A stretch of DNA of 36,262 nt, taken from NCBI GenBank assembly GCA_035710025.1, contig DASTEB010000095.1, forward strand, positions 1 to 36,262, in the 5' to 3' direction. The notes beneath the pieces are model-generated. The model was not told where the DNA came from. It did not search any database and worked only from the letters and a program-made list of their open reading frames with translations. Made by a program: the position numbers and the translations under genes. The stretch's first letter is position 1. Each line of letters starts with the position of its first letter. Shown one piece after another: positions 9,843 through 18,747 of this stretch. The stretch is from Chloroflexia bacterium (lineage in GTDB: Bacteria > Chloroflexota > Chloroflexia > QHBQ01 > JADMIH01).

Positions 9843-11186
9843 CTAGGACTTCTTTCTGCTCCGTGCCTTGGGCGCGGCCTCGGCCTCGCCCAGGTCGGTC
9901 TCGTTGTCGCCGGGCAGTATATCCACGTCCTCCGACGCAGGTTCGTCATCTATGAAGATGCCTGCCGCGGCCTCCATGCTGCCTTCGGACACACCGGCAG
10001 CGTCGACGATCTGCGCGCTGGACACGTCGCCGTCCACCGTTTCGCCGGTTTGTTCGATATAGGCGTCAGGCTCGTCAGCCTGATCGTACTCGGCGTAACC
10101 AACGTACTCACCCGTCTCCAGCTCGCCCTCGATACCCTCGCCTTCCTCGCCTTCCTCCCGGCTCGACAGGTCGAGCGGGGTTCCGGGCGGGATGAGGTCG
10201 CGGGTGAGGAGCGACTGGTGCAGCTCGTCGAACGACTTGTCGCCGAAGTTGCGCAGGCCAAGCAGCTCCTTCTTGTCCATGCGAAGCACCTGGCCCACTT
10301 TGGTGATACCCGACCGCTTGAGGCAGTTGTAGGTACGCATCGACAGGCTCAGGTCCTCGATGGGCATCTCGAACAGGTGCGCCGGGATCGACACCGCGCC
10401 CGGCAGATCGCGGCCGGTCGGGGCGGCTTGCTTGTTGAAGCCGCTGATCAGCTGCGAGTGCTGGAACAGGTATTGCGCCGACAGGCTCAGCGCCTCGCCG
10501 GGGTCGATCGTGCCGTCGGTCCAGATCTCTATGAGAAGCTGCTCGCGGCCCTCGACGTCTTCGGGGCTCAGCGTGACGACGCCGTTTTCGCTGCCCTCTT
10601 CCTGCTCGTCCGGTACCACCGAGAGCATCTCGGCGTTGGCCGGCTCCACGAGGTAGTTCACCTTGGGGATGGGCGAGAAGATGGCGTCCACCGGAATTGT
10701 GCCGATGGGCATGCCCTCGCGCGACTCGAACGACACGTAGCCGCGGCCGCGCTCGACCGTTAGCTCAAGCTCGAGGTGGGCGTCGGGCCCGTCGAGGGTA
10801 GCCAGCACCAATTCGGGGTTGACCAATTCAACGTTCGCGGGCAGCTCTATGTCGCCTGCGCGCACCTCACCGTCGCCATGCTTGGCAAGGTTGAGGCGCA
10901 CGGCCCGCTCGCTGTACGAGCGCAAGCGGATATTCTTGATGTTGAGCACGATTTCGGTCACATCCTCACGTACACTGGGGATGCAAGAGAATTCGTGGTA
11001 CACGTTCTGGATCCGCACGCTGGTAATCGCAGAGCCGGGCAGTGACGAAAGCAGGATCCGACGCAATGCGTTACCCAGCGTGACGCCAATCCCCACCTCC
11101 ACCGGACCGATTGCGAACCGGCCGTAGTTGGGGGCGGTAGCGACGGCGACCACGTTAGGCAGACTGCTTGTTCTCCCGTTGCTCAA
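9843..11186 (-). CDS. rpoA: DNA-directed RNA polymerase subunit alpha, with ~105-aa acidic C-terminal extension
   Basis: The NTD motif TLGNALRRILLSS and the CTD motif SMRTYNCLKRSGI..VGQV are present. The start is TTG, with GGAG 9 nt upstream. The protein is 447 aa, against ~315-340 aa typically. Confidence 0.93.
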   Translation of the reverse strand: MSNGRTSSLPNVVAVATAPNYGRFAIGPVEVGIGVTLGNALRRILLSSLPGSAITSVRIQNVYHEFSCIPSVREDVTEIVLNIKNIRLRSYSERAVRLNLAKHGDGEVRAGDIELPANVELVNPELVLATLDGPDAHLELELTVERGRGYVSFESREGMPIGTIPVDAIFSPIPKVNYLVEPANAEMLSVVPDEQEEGSENGVVTLSPEDVEGREQLLIEIWTDGTIDPGEALSLSAQYLFQHSQLISGFNKQAAPTGRDLPGAVSIPAHLFEMPIEDLSLSMRTYNCLKRSGITKVGQVLRMDKKELLGLRNFGDKSFDELHQSLLTRDLIPPGTPLDLSSREEGEEGEGIEGELETGEYVGYAEYDQADEPDAYIEQTGETVDGDVSSAQIVDAAGVSEGSMEAAAGIFIDDEPASEDVDILPGDNETDLGEAEAAPKARSRKKS

Positions 11187-11286
11187 TTTTGCTCACTCCT
11201 GACAACGCGCAAAGCGCAAGAACGCGACCGCGAGAAGCCGTACCCGAGGGGCACTGCCGCTGCGCGCATCGCGCCCTGCCTGCGCA

Positions 11287-11913
11287 TTACCGGCTGTAAA
11301 ACTCTACGATCAGCTGCTCATTCAGGTCCAGGCCAAGCTCGTCGCGGGTGGGCATGCGCTCCACTCGGCCGGCGAGCGATGCCGCGTTCGCAGACATCCA
11401 GGGGGCAATCTGCTTGCGCGGAAGCTGCTGCTGGACGGTCTGGAAGTACTCGCTGTTGCGCGAGGTCGGAACCACGCCGATCTCGTCGCCGGGCCGGGCG
11501 ATGTACGAGGGGATGTCGGTCTTGTGGCCGTTCACCGTGATGTGGCCGTGGCGCACGATCTGGCGCGCCTGGGCACGCGAGTCGGCCAGGCCCATGCGGT
11601 ACACCACGTTGTCCAGCCTCGACTCGAGCACCATGAGCAGGTTCTCGCCGGTCAGGCCAGGGCGCTTCTCAGCCGCCTCGAAGTGGCGGCGGAACTGCCG
11701 CTCGAGCACGCCGTAGATGCGGCGAGCCTTCTGCTTCTCACGCAGCTGCAGACCGTAGTCGGATACCTTACGACCCCTCCGCTGGGAGTGCGATCCGGGC
11801 GGCATGGGCCTCTTTTCGATTGTGCAGTTCGTGAAGCACTTGTCGCCCTTCAGGAAGAGCTTCATGCCTTCGCGCCTGCAAAGCTTGCAGACAGGTCCTG
11901 TATACCTTGCCAT
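11287..11913 (-). CDS. rpsD: 30S ribosomal protein S4 (Cys4 zinc-type N-terminus)
   Basis: [30 protein letters not shown] fits the S4 N-terminus, and an S4 RNA-binding domain follows. Confidence 0.96.
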   Translation of the reverse strand: MARYTGPVCKLCRREGMKLFLKGDKCFTNCTIEKRPMPPGSHSQRRGRKVSDYGLQLREKQKARRIYGVLERQFRRHFEAAEKRPGLTGENLLMVLESRLDNVVYRMGLADSRAQARQIVRHGHITVNGHKTDIPSYIARPGDEIGVVPTSRNSEYFQTVQQQLPRKQIAPWMSANAASLAGRVERMPTRDELGLDLNEQLIVEFYSR

Positions 11914-12111
11914 TTCTTCTCCAGATTAGGGCACTTACTCTGCCCAATGCTCAGGGTTTGGCGTCGGGGACAACTTGCCGCGGAGTCCCACTTGCTTCGG
12001 CCCTGGCCGCACTATTGTTCCTCTACGTATCGCCAACTACGGGGCGAGGATCAGGAGGGCTAAGCTCCCACCCCCGGTACTTACTTTTCCAACAAAAGCC
12101 GGCGCCGGACG

Positions 12112-12540
12112 CTATACGCGGCGGCGCTTGGGGGCACGGCAGCCGTTGTGCGGGATCGGAGTGACGTCGGTAATGGCGACGACCTGGATGCCCGCGGCCT
12201 GGATGGCGCGGATGGCTGCCTCGCGGCCCGCGCCGGGGCCCTTCACGAATACTTCCACCTGGCGCAGGCCGTGCTCCATGGCACGCCTCGCGGCGCCATC
12301 GGCGGTAATCTGGGCGGCGTACGGGGTGCTCTTTCGCGAGCCCTTGAAGCCCGTCGCGCCCGCGCTGCCCCACGACAGGACGTTGCCCTGCGGGTCTGCC
12401 AGCGTGACGATGGTGTTGTTGAAGCTCGAGCGCACGAAGGCGTTGCCGCGCGGCACGCTCTTGCGCTCGCGCCTGCGTGCCCTCGCCTGCCTGGCCCTTG
12501 TTGCCGTTACCTTACTGCTCTGCTGCTGCTTCTCAGCCAT
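12112..12540 (-). CDS. rpsK: 30S ribosomal protein S11
   Basis: [36 protein letters not shown] and the C-terminus [18 protein letters not shown]. Confidence 0.97.
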   Translation of the reverse strand: MAEKQQQSSKVTATRARQARARRRERKSVPRGNAFVRSSFNNTIVTLADPQGNVLSWGSAGATGFKGSRKSTPYAAQITADGAARRAMEHGLRQVEVFVKGPGAGREAAIRAIQAAGIQVVAITDVTPIPHNGCRAPKRRRV

Positions 12541-12557
12541 TGTATCTCCTGTGTGTT

Positions 12558-12666
12558 GATGCGTGATACGTGATGCGTGATACGTGAACTCTCATGAGCA
12601 CCGATGCTTACTCCGCACTACCAGGTCCGGGTAAGCTCACGCATCACGCATCACGTATCACGTACC
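12558..12666 (-). repeat. 30-bp imperfect inverted repeat built from tandem heptamers, filling the rpsM-rpsK spacer
   Basis: The left arm (12558-12587) is (GATGCGT/GATACGT)x4. The right arm (12637-12666) is (CACGCAT/CACGTAT)x4. Of the 30 positions, 27 are Watson-Crick pairs, including a perfect 20-bp run. Two of the three exceptions become G-U pairs only in the minus-strand (sense) RNA. Confidence 0.8.
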
Positions 12667-12673
12667 ACGGGTC

Positions 12674-13045
12674 TTACTTCTTCCTTCTCACGCCAACCGT
12701 GCGGCGAGGGCCGCGGCGGGTGCGGGCATTGGTACGCGTACGCTGGCCGTGCACGGGCAGGCCGCGCTGGTGCCGGATGCCGCGATAGCACTTGATCTCT
12801 ATGAGCCGCTTGATGTTCATGCTGACCTGGCGGCGGAGGTCGCCCTCGACGGTGAACTCCTTGTCCACCACTTCGCGGATGCGGTTGACCTCTTCCTCGG
12901 TCAGGTTGTTCACGCGCGTGTCGGGATCAACGTTCGTTCGCTCGATGATCTTCTTCGCGCTGGTGGACCCTATGCCGTAGATGTACGTCAGGGCCACTTC
13001 CACCCGCTTGGTGCGGGGAATGTCTACGCCGGCAATACGTGCCAC
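12674..13045 (-). CDS. rpsM: 30S ribosomal protein S13
   Basis: [26 protein letters not shown] and [19 protein letters not shown]. Confidence 0.97.
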   Translation of the reverse strand: MARIAGVDIPRTKRVEVALTYIYGIGSTSAKKIIERTNVDPDTRVNNLTEEEVNRIREVVDKEFTVEGDLRRQVSMNIKRLIEIKCYRGIRHQRGLPVHGQRTRTNARTRRGPRRTVGVRRKK

Positions 13046-13057
13046 GAAAACCTCCCT

Positions 13058-13171
13058 TTAGCCCTGTCGCTGCTTGTGCTTAGGGTCGCTGCATATAACC
13101 ATCACGATGCGCCCGCGCTTGATTACCTTGCACTTCGCGCAACGCGGCTTTACCGATGCTCGTACCTTCAT
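13058..13171 (-). CDS. rpmJ: 50S ribosomal protein L36 (not in the supplied ORF track)
   Basis: Manual minus-strand translation gives [37 protein letters not shown] followed by a stop. A GGAGA SD lies 7 nt upstream of the ATG at 13171. The position between infA and rpsM is the canonical one. Confidence 0.93.
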   Translation of the reverse strand: MKVRASVKPRCAKCKVIKRGRIVMVICSDPKHKQRQG

Positions 13172-13309
13172 TTTGCCGTCTCCACTGTTCTACTGCGTGC
13201 TCGTGTTCTTCACTAAGTCGCTTGTTCGGCGGCTGTGCCTCGCGCCGTACCGGTCGAGGGCGCCCTTGCGGGCCTCCTGTGCACAGCACGTTGTACGCAG
13301 CAGCCCCAT

Positions 13310-13576
13310 TTACTTCATCTGCTTGATGCGCTCGACGATCCGCCCCCTGGTGAGGTCGTAGGGCGAAAGCTCCACGGCAACTCTGTCGCCCGGGATGATA
13401 CGCACGGGGCTTAGCCGCAGCTTATCGTCCAGGCGCGCCGTCACCATATGGCCGTTGTCCAACTGCACCCGCCAGGTGTCATTGGGGGTGGGCTCGGACA
13501 CTCTGCCCTCTACCCTGATAACGCCTTGTCGCTCTGTCAATGTACGCTTTCCGTGGTGCCCGGAGTGACCGAACAT
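13310..13576 (-). CDS. infA: Translation initiation factor IF-1
   Basis: The S1-like fold sequence VEGRVSE..PN..W.VQLDNGH.V.A......R...IRIIPGDRV.VELSPYDLTRGRI fits IF-1. The start is ambiguous. The ATG at 13576 gives 88 aa, while the in-frame TTG at 13540 gives a canonical 75-aa protein. Confidence 0.88.
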   Translation of the reverse strand: MFGHSGHHGKRTLTERQGVIRVEGRVSEPTPNDTWRVQLDNGHMVTARLDDKLRLSPVRIIPGDRVAVELSPYDLTRGRIVERIKQMK

Positions 13577-13620
13577 ACTTACGCTCGGCTCCCGCCCTAA
13601 AAAGGGGGCACCAAACGCTA

Positions 13621-13649
13621 ATTATATCACAAGCCTACGCTAAAGTCAA
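13621..13649 (-). promoter_or_regulatory. Sigma-70-type internal promoter upstream of infA
   Basis: On the minus strand, TTGACT (13649-13644) is followed by a 17-nt spacer and TATAAT (13626-13621). The -35 lies in the last codons of map (stop at 13635-13637). Confidence 0.6.
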
Positions 13650-14402
13650 AATATCAGGCCCGTTTTTAGTTATCGCCACGGTGTGCTCGAAGTGGGCCGA
13701 GGGCTTGCGGTCGCGGGTCACCACGGTCCACATATCGTCCAGGGTCTCGGTCTCGTCCCCGCCAAGGTTGAGCATCGGCTCGATGGCGATCACCATGCCC
13801 GGCCGCAGGGGCACACCCGTGCCTGCACGCCCGTGGTTGGGCACCGAAGGCTCTTCCCACAGGCGGCGGCCGATGCCGTGCCCGCCGTACTCGCGGGGCG
13901 CGCCGTAGCCCCCGGCGCGGATCTTCTCCTCGATGGCGTGCGATATGTCCCCGAGCCGGTTGCCCGCCTTCGCCTGCGCGATCCCCGCGGCGAGCGACTC
14001 TTGCGTCGTCTTCAACAGCTTCTCAAGCTCGGGCTTGATCTTGCCCACCGCCACCGTCACCGCCGAGTCGCCCTGCCAGCCCCGGTAGATCACTCCGCAG
14101 TCTATCGTGATGATGTCGCCTTCCTTCAACTTGCGGTCGGAAGGGATGCCGTGCACGATCTCCTCATTGACCGAAGTGCACAGCGTGCCGGGGAACGGGG
14201 GCAGCGACGGGTGCGGGTGGTAGCCCTTGAACGTGGGGATTGCGCCCTGCGACTTTATGAATTCGTAGGCGATCTCGTCCAGCTCAAGCGTGGTGACGCC
14301 CGGCCTCACGTGCTCCGACACGCGCTGGAGAGTCTGCGCGAGGATGCGTCCCGCGATCCTCATTAATTCGATTTGATCTTGCGACTTTAGCTGTATTGCC
14401 AT
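13635..14402 (-). CDS. map: Type I methionine aminopeptidase
   Basis: 255 aa, with metal-ligand regions ITIDCGV, GHGIG and SAHFEHTVAIT. It sits in the adk-map-infA context. Confidence 0.95.
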   Translation of the reverse strand: MAIQLKSQDQIELMRIAGRILAQTLQRVSEHVRPGVTTLELDEIAYEFIKSQGAIPTFKGYHPHPSLPPFPGTLCTSVNEEIVHGIPSDRKLKEGDIITIDCGVIYRGWQGDSAVTVAVGKIKPELEKLLKTTQESLAAGIAQAKAGNRLGDISHAIEEKIRAGGYGAPREYGGHGIGRRLWEEPSVPNHGRAGTGVPLRPGMVIAIEPMLNLGGDETETLDDMWTVVTRDRKPSAHFEHTVAITKNGPDILTLA

Positions 14403-14441
14403 TACTGTTTCCTTGTCGGGTACTTCTCACCCGGCGCACCT

Positions 14442-15083
14442 CTAGCGCAGGCAGCTCAGCAGGTAGGAGGTGACTTCCTCCACCGGCTTGCTGCCGTCCA
14501 CCTCGCACAGCACTCCGCGCGAGCGGTAATACTCCACGATCGGTTTGGTCTGCTGGTGGAATGAGGCCACCCGCTTGATGGCTGTCTCGCGCGTGTCGTC
14601 TTCGCGCTGGTACAGCTCGCTCCCACACTCGTCGCACACGCCCGGCACCTTCGGCGGCATGAACTTCTCGTGGAAGATGTGGCCGCACTTGCGGCACATC
14701 AGCCTGCCCGAGATGCGGTCGATCATCGTCTCGTCGTCCACGTTGATGTACAGTACCATGTTCACGGCCCGCCCCTTCAAGTCGAGCGCGTCGTCCAGGG
14801 CGCGTGCCTGTGGCTCGGTGCGCGGGAAGCCGTCGAGCAGCACGCCGTGCTCGGTGTCGGGGGCCAGTAACCTGTCCTCGATCATGTCGATGACCAGCTT
14901 ATCGGGCACCAGTTTGCCCTCCGACATGTACTTGTCTGCTGCCTTGCCAAGCTCGGTGCCGCGTTTCACGTGGTCGCGCAGCAGGTCGCCGCTCGAGACG
15001 TGGACCATCTGCAGCTGTTCTTCCAGTATTTCCGACTGCGTCCCCTTGCCTGCGCCGGGGCCGCCGATAAGTATGATGATCAT
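14442..15083 (-). CDS. adk: Adenylate kinase (zinc-lid type)
   Basis: MIIILIGGPGAGKGTQ is the P-loop at the N-terminus, and the lid carries CRKCG...CDECG. I chose the ATG at 15083 (GAGG 9 nt upstream). The ORF-track start at 15176 is a TTG that would add 31 atypical residues. Confidence 0.92.
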   Translation of the reverse strand: MIIILIGGPGAGKGTQSEILEEQLQMVHVSSGDLLRDHVKRGTELGKAADKYMSEGKLVPDKLVIDMIEDRLLAPDTEHGVLLDGFPRTEPQARALDDALDLKGRAVNMVLYINVDDETMIDRISGRLMCRKCGHIFHEKFMPPKVPGVCDECGSELYQREDDTRETAIKRVASFHQQTKPIVEYYRSRGVLCEVDGSKPVEEVTSYLLSCLR

Positions 15084-15180
15084 GGAAGGTGACCTCATTG
15101 TCACAGGATTCCTAATAGACGTGAAAAGTGAAACGTGCGGTCCGGGCCCAACACGTTTCACTCTCCTGATGGTCAACGGA

Positions 15181-16491
15181 CTAGCGGCTGATGAAGCCTT
15201 CGTACCGCCTCATGAGTAGCTGCGACTCAAGCTGCTTCATCGTGTCGATTGCGACACCGACCACGATCAGCAGCGACGTGGAGCTAAAGTTGAGCAGCGT
15301 CACGCCGGTGATGACGGACGCGACCCACGGCAGCACCGCCACGATGCCCAGGAACAGGGCGCCCGCCACGGTGATGCGGTTCAGCACCGTGGTGAGGAAG
15401 CGGTCGGTGTTCGGCCCCGGGCGAATACCGGGGATCGCGCCGCCCGACTTCTGCAAGTTCTCGGCGATGCGCTGCTGCCCGAACACCACGCTGGTGTAGA
15501 AGAAGGTAAACGCCACCACCATGAAGAAGTAGATGATGTTGTAGGGCGCGCTGGTCGGCTGGAAGGTGTTGTACAGCCACAGCGCGCCGTCGCGCACCCA
15601 CCCCGTGCTGGCGGCGGTAAAGAAGCCCGCCACGATTACCGGGAAGCTCATGATCGACAGGGCGAAGATGAGCGGGATCATGCCGGTCGAGTTGACGCGC
15701 AGCGGGATAAACGAAGAACCCGCCTGGCGCATCATCCGGCCGCCGCGCATGATCGAGCGCGAGTAGTGTACGGGGATTCGGCGCTGCCCCTCGTTGATGA
15801 GGACGATGCCGACCACCGTCACCAGGCCCAGCACCACGAACAGCAGCATGCTGAACAGGCTGGTGCCGGTCGTCCCGGACTGGCCAAGCTGGAATATCTG
15901 CGTGGGCAGGCCCGCGACGATACCGCCGAAGATGATGATCGAGATACCCTGGCCGATACCGTGCTCGGTGATGCGCTCGCCCAGCCACACCAGGAACATC
16001 GTTCCCGCCACCAGGCTGATGAGCACCGTCAGGGTGATCATGATGTCCTGCCCGAAGGCCGGAAGCGCGCCGAACTGGCTCTGCAGAAGCTGCGCCTGGG
16101 CGAAAGCCTGAAGCGCCGCCAGCGGCACGGTGAGCCACGCGGTGTAGCGGTTGAGCTGGTTGCGGCCCGCCTCGCCCTCTTTGCTCAGCTCCGTCAGGCG
16201 CGGGACCACGCCGGTGAGAAGCTGGATGATAATCGAGGCCGTGATGTACGGATACACACCCATGGCCGCCACGGAGAAGTTCTGCAGCGTGCCGCCCGAG
16301 AAGATGTTCAGCAGGTTGATCAGGCCGCCGAACTGGCTGTTGGGATCGAATGCGCCTTGCAGGGCCGCGAAGTCAACGCCCGGCACGGGGATGTGGGCGA
16401 TGATGCGGAAGATCACCAGCATACCGAGCGTAAAGAGAATCTTACGCCGGAGGTCGGAGATCCGGAAGGCATTGATGACTGCCTGAAGCAT
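15181..16491 (-). CDS. secY: Preprotein translocase subunit SecY
   Basis: 436-aa polytopic membrane protein located between rplO and adk, with typical SecY segments (GGTLQNFSV.AMGV.PYI.ASII.QL). Confidence 0.96.
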   Translation of the reverse strand: MLQAVINAFRISDLRRKILFTLGMLVIFRIIAHIPVPGVDFAALQGAFDPNSQFGGLINLLNIFSGGTLQNFSVAAMGVYPYITASIIIQLLTGVVPRLTELSKEGEAGRNQLNRYTAWLTVPLAALQAFAQAQLLQSQFGALPAFGQDIMITLTVLISLVAGTMFLVWLGERITEHGIGQGISIIIFGGIVAGLPTQIFQLGQSGTTGTSLFSMLLFVVLGLVTVVGIVLINEGQRRIPVHYSRSIMRGGRMMRQAGSSFIPLRVNSTGMIPLIFALSIMSFPVIVAGFFTAASTGWVRDGALWLYNTFQPTSAPYNIIYFFMVVAFTFFYTSVVFGQQRIAENLQKSGGAIPGIRPGPNTDRFLTTVLNRITVAGALFLGIVAVLPWVASVITGVTLLNFSSTSLLIVVGVAIDTMKQLESQLLMRRYEGFISR

Positions 16492-16607
16492 ATTATCCGT
16501 CGTTCCTTTCGATTGGGGATACCGCTCTCAGTATACGTGGGCGGGCCGGGTCGGGCAAACTCGCCGGGAGGCCCTGGCCGGCCCTGATTTTCCCTCGTAC
16601 TTCTAGC

Positions 16608-17210
16608 CTATGCCTTCTTCGCCCTGGTTCGGGGCTTGGCCTTAGCGGGGGCCTCGGCCTGAGCAGCCTCGGCTTGAGCAGCCTCGGCCTGGGCGGCCTG
16701 GCGCGCCTTGAATGCGCGTACCGGTGCCTCGGTGCGGCCCTTGGAGCGGCGCGGCTCCTTCGGGGCGTCGATGATATTCACGGTTCCGCCCGCGGCCTCG
16801 ATCTTCTGGCGGGCGCTCTCGCTCACCTTGTGGGCGCTGATGGTCAGCGCGCCGTTCAGGGTGCCGGTACCGAGCACCTTCAGCGGCAGAGCCGAGTCGC
16901 GCAGGATGCCCATCTCGAGCAGCGAGTCGGGCGTTACCTCGGAGCCGGCCTCGACGGCCGCAAGCTGCTCAAGGTTGACGATGTTGAAGCGGGCCTTCCA
17001 GATGTTGGTGAAGCCGCGCTTGTAGGGAAGCTGCTGGTGGATGGGGGTCTGGCCGCCCTGGAAGCGAGGCGGTACGTTGCCGCCGCTGCGGGACTTCTGT
17101 CCTTTCTGCCCGCGGCCTGCCGTTTTGACGTGGCCCGAGCCGTGCCCGCGGCCCACGCGCTTGCGGTCTTTGTTAGCGCCCCTCGGCGCCTGAATATCGC
17201 CCAGTTTCAT
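16608..17210 (-). CDS. rplO: 50S ribosomal protein L15 with ~50-aa C-terminal extension
   Basis: RKRVGRGHGSGHVKTAGRGQKGQKSRSG fits L15. The protein is 200 aa against ~146 typically, and the tail contains AQAEA x3 (15-nt tandem repeat at 16650-16694). Confidence 0.94.
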   Translation of the reverse strand: MKLGDIQAPRGANKDRKRVGRGHGSGHVKTAGRGQKGQKSRSGGNVPPRFQGGQTPIHQQLPYKRGFTNIWKARFNIVNLEQLAAVEAGSEVTPDSLLEMGILRDSALPLKVLGTGTLNGALTISAHKVSESARQKIEAAGGTVNIIDAPKEPRRSKGRTEAPVRAFKARQAAQAEAAQAEAAQAEAPAKAKPRTRAKKA

Positions 17211-17300
17211 CTCGTAATTATCCTCTCTTCGACGCGGTAATCGCGCCTCGCGTTGTCACCCCGGGGGGTGTCACACTAAATTGCAGCGCAGCCCACCGGG

Positions 17301-17516
17301 CTACACTTCCTCTACGTTGATAAGGTGCTTGACCTTATGCAACATGCCCCGCAGGGCAGCGCTGTCAGCCCGCTCGATGGTCTGGTTCAAACGGCGGAAG
17401 CCCAGCGCCTTGATGGTGTCCTTCTGGTCCTGCGAGTAGCCGATGGCGCTCTTGGCGTAGGTCACGCGGAGCGTGGCGCCGTCGACCGGGGTCTTGCTCA
17501 GCTTAGGCTCTGCCAC
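17301..17516 (-). CDS. rpmD: 50S ribosomal protein L30
   Basis: [33 protein letters not shown]...[11 protein letters not shown] fits L30. I chose the GTG at 17516 because AGGAGG lies 5 nt upstream. This start overlaps the rpsE 3' end by 14 nt. The ORF-track start at 17615 lies inside rpsE. Confidence 0.85.
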   Translation of the reverse strand: MAEPKLSKTPVDGATLRVTYAKSAIGYSQDQKDTIKALGFRRLNQTIERADSAALRGMLHKVKHLINVEEV

Positions 17517-18222
17517 GTCCGCCTCCTGACCTGTCGCCGCGGCCCTCGCCACGATCACGATCACCTGCGCCGCGTCCGCGGCCCGGGCCGCCTCGCCTGC
17601 CGCCGCGCTCCTCACGCTGAGGCCGCTCGGGAGCGGTGCGCGGGGTCGCTACGATCGGAACAGCCTTGCCTTCCTTGATAGCCTTCTGCATCAGGAAGTC
17701 CTTGCGGTACAGGCGCCGCTCCATCTCCTCGACGGGCAGCCCGCGGCGCTCGGCCTCGGCGTCCACGGAATGGAGCTTTGAGAGGGCGAGCAGCGTGGCG
17801 CGCACGAGGTTGATTGGGTTGTTGTTGCCGAGCGACTTGCCGAACACGTCGCGCACGCCCGCAGCCTCGAGCACCGCACGCACGCCGCCGCCGGCGATCA
17901 CCCCGGTACCGGGGGCCGCGGGCTTGAGGAGCACCGTGCTCGCGCCGTACGACACAGTCACGTCGTGCGGGATGGTGCTGCCCACCAGGGGCACCTTGAT
18001 CATGTGCTTCTTGGCATCCTCGCCGGCCTTGCGGATCGACTCGGGCACCTCGGCGGCCTTACCCGTTCCCGCGCCGACCATGCCCCTGCCGTCGCCCACC
18101 ACAACTACCGAGGAGAAGTTGAAGCGCCGGCCGCCCTTGACCACCTTGGCCACGCGGTTGACCTGCACCAGCTTCTCTTCGTACTCCGAGATGGGGCCTC
18201 GGTCTCTATCCATTCTTGACAT
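17503..18222 (-). CDS. rpsE: 30S ribosomal protein S5 with ~70-aa Arg/Gly-rich C-terminal extension
   Basis: [34 protein letters not shown].. fits the S5 core. The protein is 239 aa against ~165-170 typically, and the tail ends ...[34 protein letters not shown]. Confidence 0.94.
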   Translation of the reverse strand: MSRMDRDRGPISEYEEKLVQVNRVAKVVKGGRRFNFSSVVVVGDGRGMVGAGTGKAAEVPESIRKAGEDAKKHMIKVPLVGSTIPHDVTVSYGASTVLLKPAAPGTGVIAGGGVRAVLEAAGVRDVFGKSLGNNNPINLVRATLLALSKLHSVDAEAERRGLPVEEMERRLYRKDFLMQKAIKEGKAVPIVATPRTAPERPQREERGGRRGGPGRGRGAGDRDRGEGRGDRSGGGRGRA

Positions 18223-18282
18223 TGTTCCTCCAACTGGAAACCGCGCGGCGCAAACCGCCCGCGGCTCGTGCCAGGCGCGCTA

Positions 18283-18639
18283 TTAAAAATCCAATCCGCC
18301 TTCACGGGCGCTATCGGCCAGGGCCTTCACGCGCCCGTGGTACAGGTAGCCGCCCCGGTCAAATACTACTTTGCTCACGCCCGCGGCCTTGGCACGCTCT
18401 GCTACGAGCTTGCCGACCGCCTTCGCCTCGTCGAGCTTGCTGCCCCCGGCGACGTCCTTGTCCAGTGTCGACGCGGCGGCCAGAGTGTGGCCTTTCGAGT
18501 CGTCGATCACCTGGGCGTAGATGTGGTTGAGCGAGCGGAACACGTTCAACCGCGGGCGCTCAGGCGTGCCGATCGCGCGGGCGCGCACCCTTCGGTGGCG
18601 TTTCTCACGCGGCGTCATCTCATGTGGCTGCTTTCTCAT
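18283..18639 (-). CDS. rplR: 50S ribosomal protein L18
   Basis: [20 protein letters not shown] and the C-terminus [19 protein letters not shown]. Confidence 0.96.
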   Translation of the reverse strand: MRKQPHEMTPREKRHRRVRARAIGTPERPRLNVFRSLNHIYAQVIDDSKGHTLAAASTLDKDVAGGSKLDEAKAVGKLVAERAKAAGVSKVVFDRGGYLYHGRVKALADSAREGGLDF

Positions 18640-18747
18640 TGTTCGCTTACCCTCTTCTCAGTTGCCTGGTCATATTCAGGCTGATTACCGCCTCAGGCCT
18701 GCCGGGCGAGCCGTTTCAGCCCACCCTGTACGCTATGGCGCAAATGC

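Noticed and set aside
12075-12111. GCCGGCGCCGGC followed by TTTTGTT after the rpsK stop, considered as an intrinsic terminator.
   Set aside because: The GC-rich segment is a self-complementary palindrome with no loop, so it cannot form a stable hairpin of terminator geometry. rpsD and rpoA downstream also need read-through.
12558-12666. Possible CRISPR-like or minisatellite array in the rpsM-rpsK spacer.
   Set aside because: The units are only 7 nt long and directly abutting, with no unique spacers, and the two arrays are mutually inverted. It is better described as a long hairpin or inverted repeat.
13535-13540. A TTGACA hexamer inside the 5' part of the infA ORF, considered as a possible internal promoter.
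   Set aside because: No acceptable -10 element lies 16-19 nt downstream (CAGGGT). The hexamer coincides with the candidate TTG start codon context.
15284-16138. 284-aa minus-strand ORF in an alternative frame within secY. Similar same-strand alternate-frame ORFs occur at 27007-27651 (within rplC/rplD) and 19300-19881 (over rpsH).
   Set aside because: Their composition is Arg/Pro/Gly-rich. They overlap essential conserved genes in another frame and have no SD-supported start. They are GC-driven artefacts.
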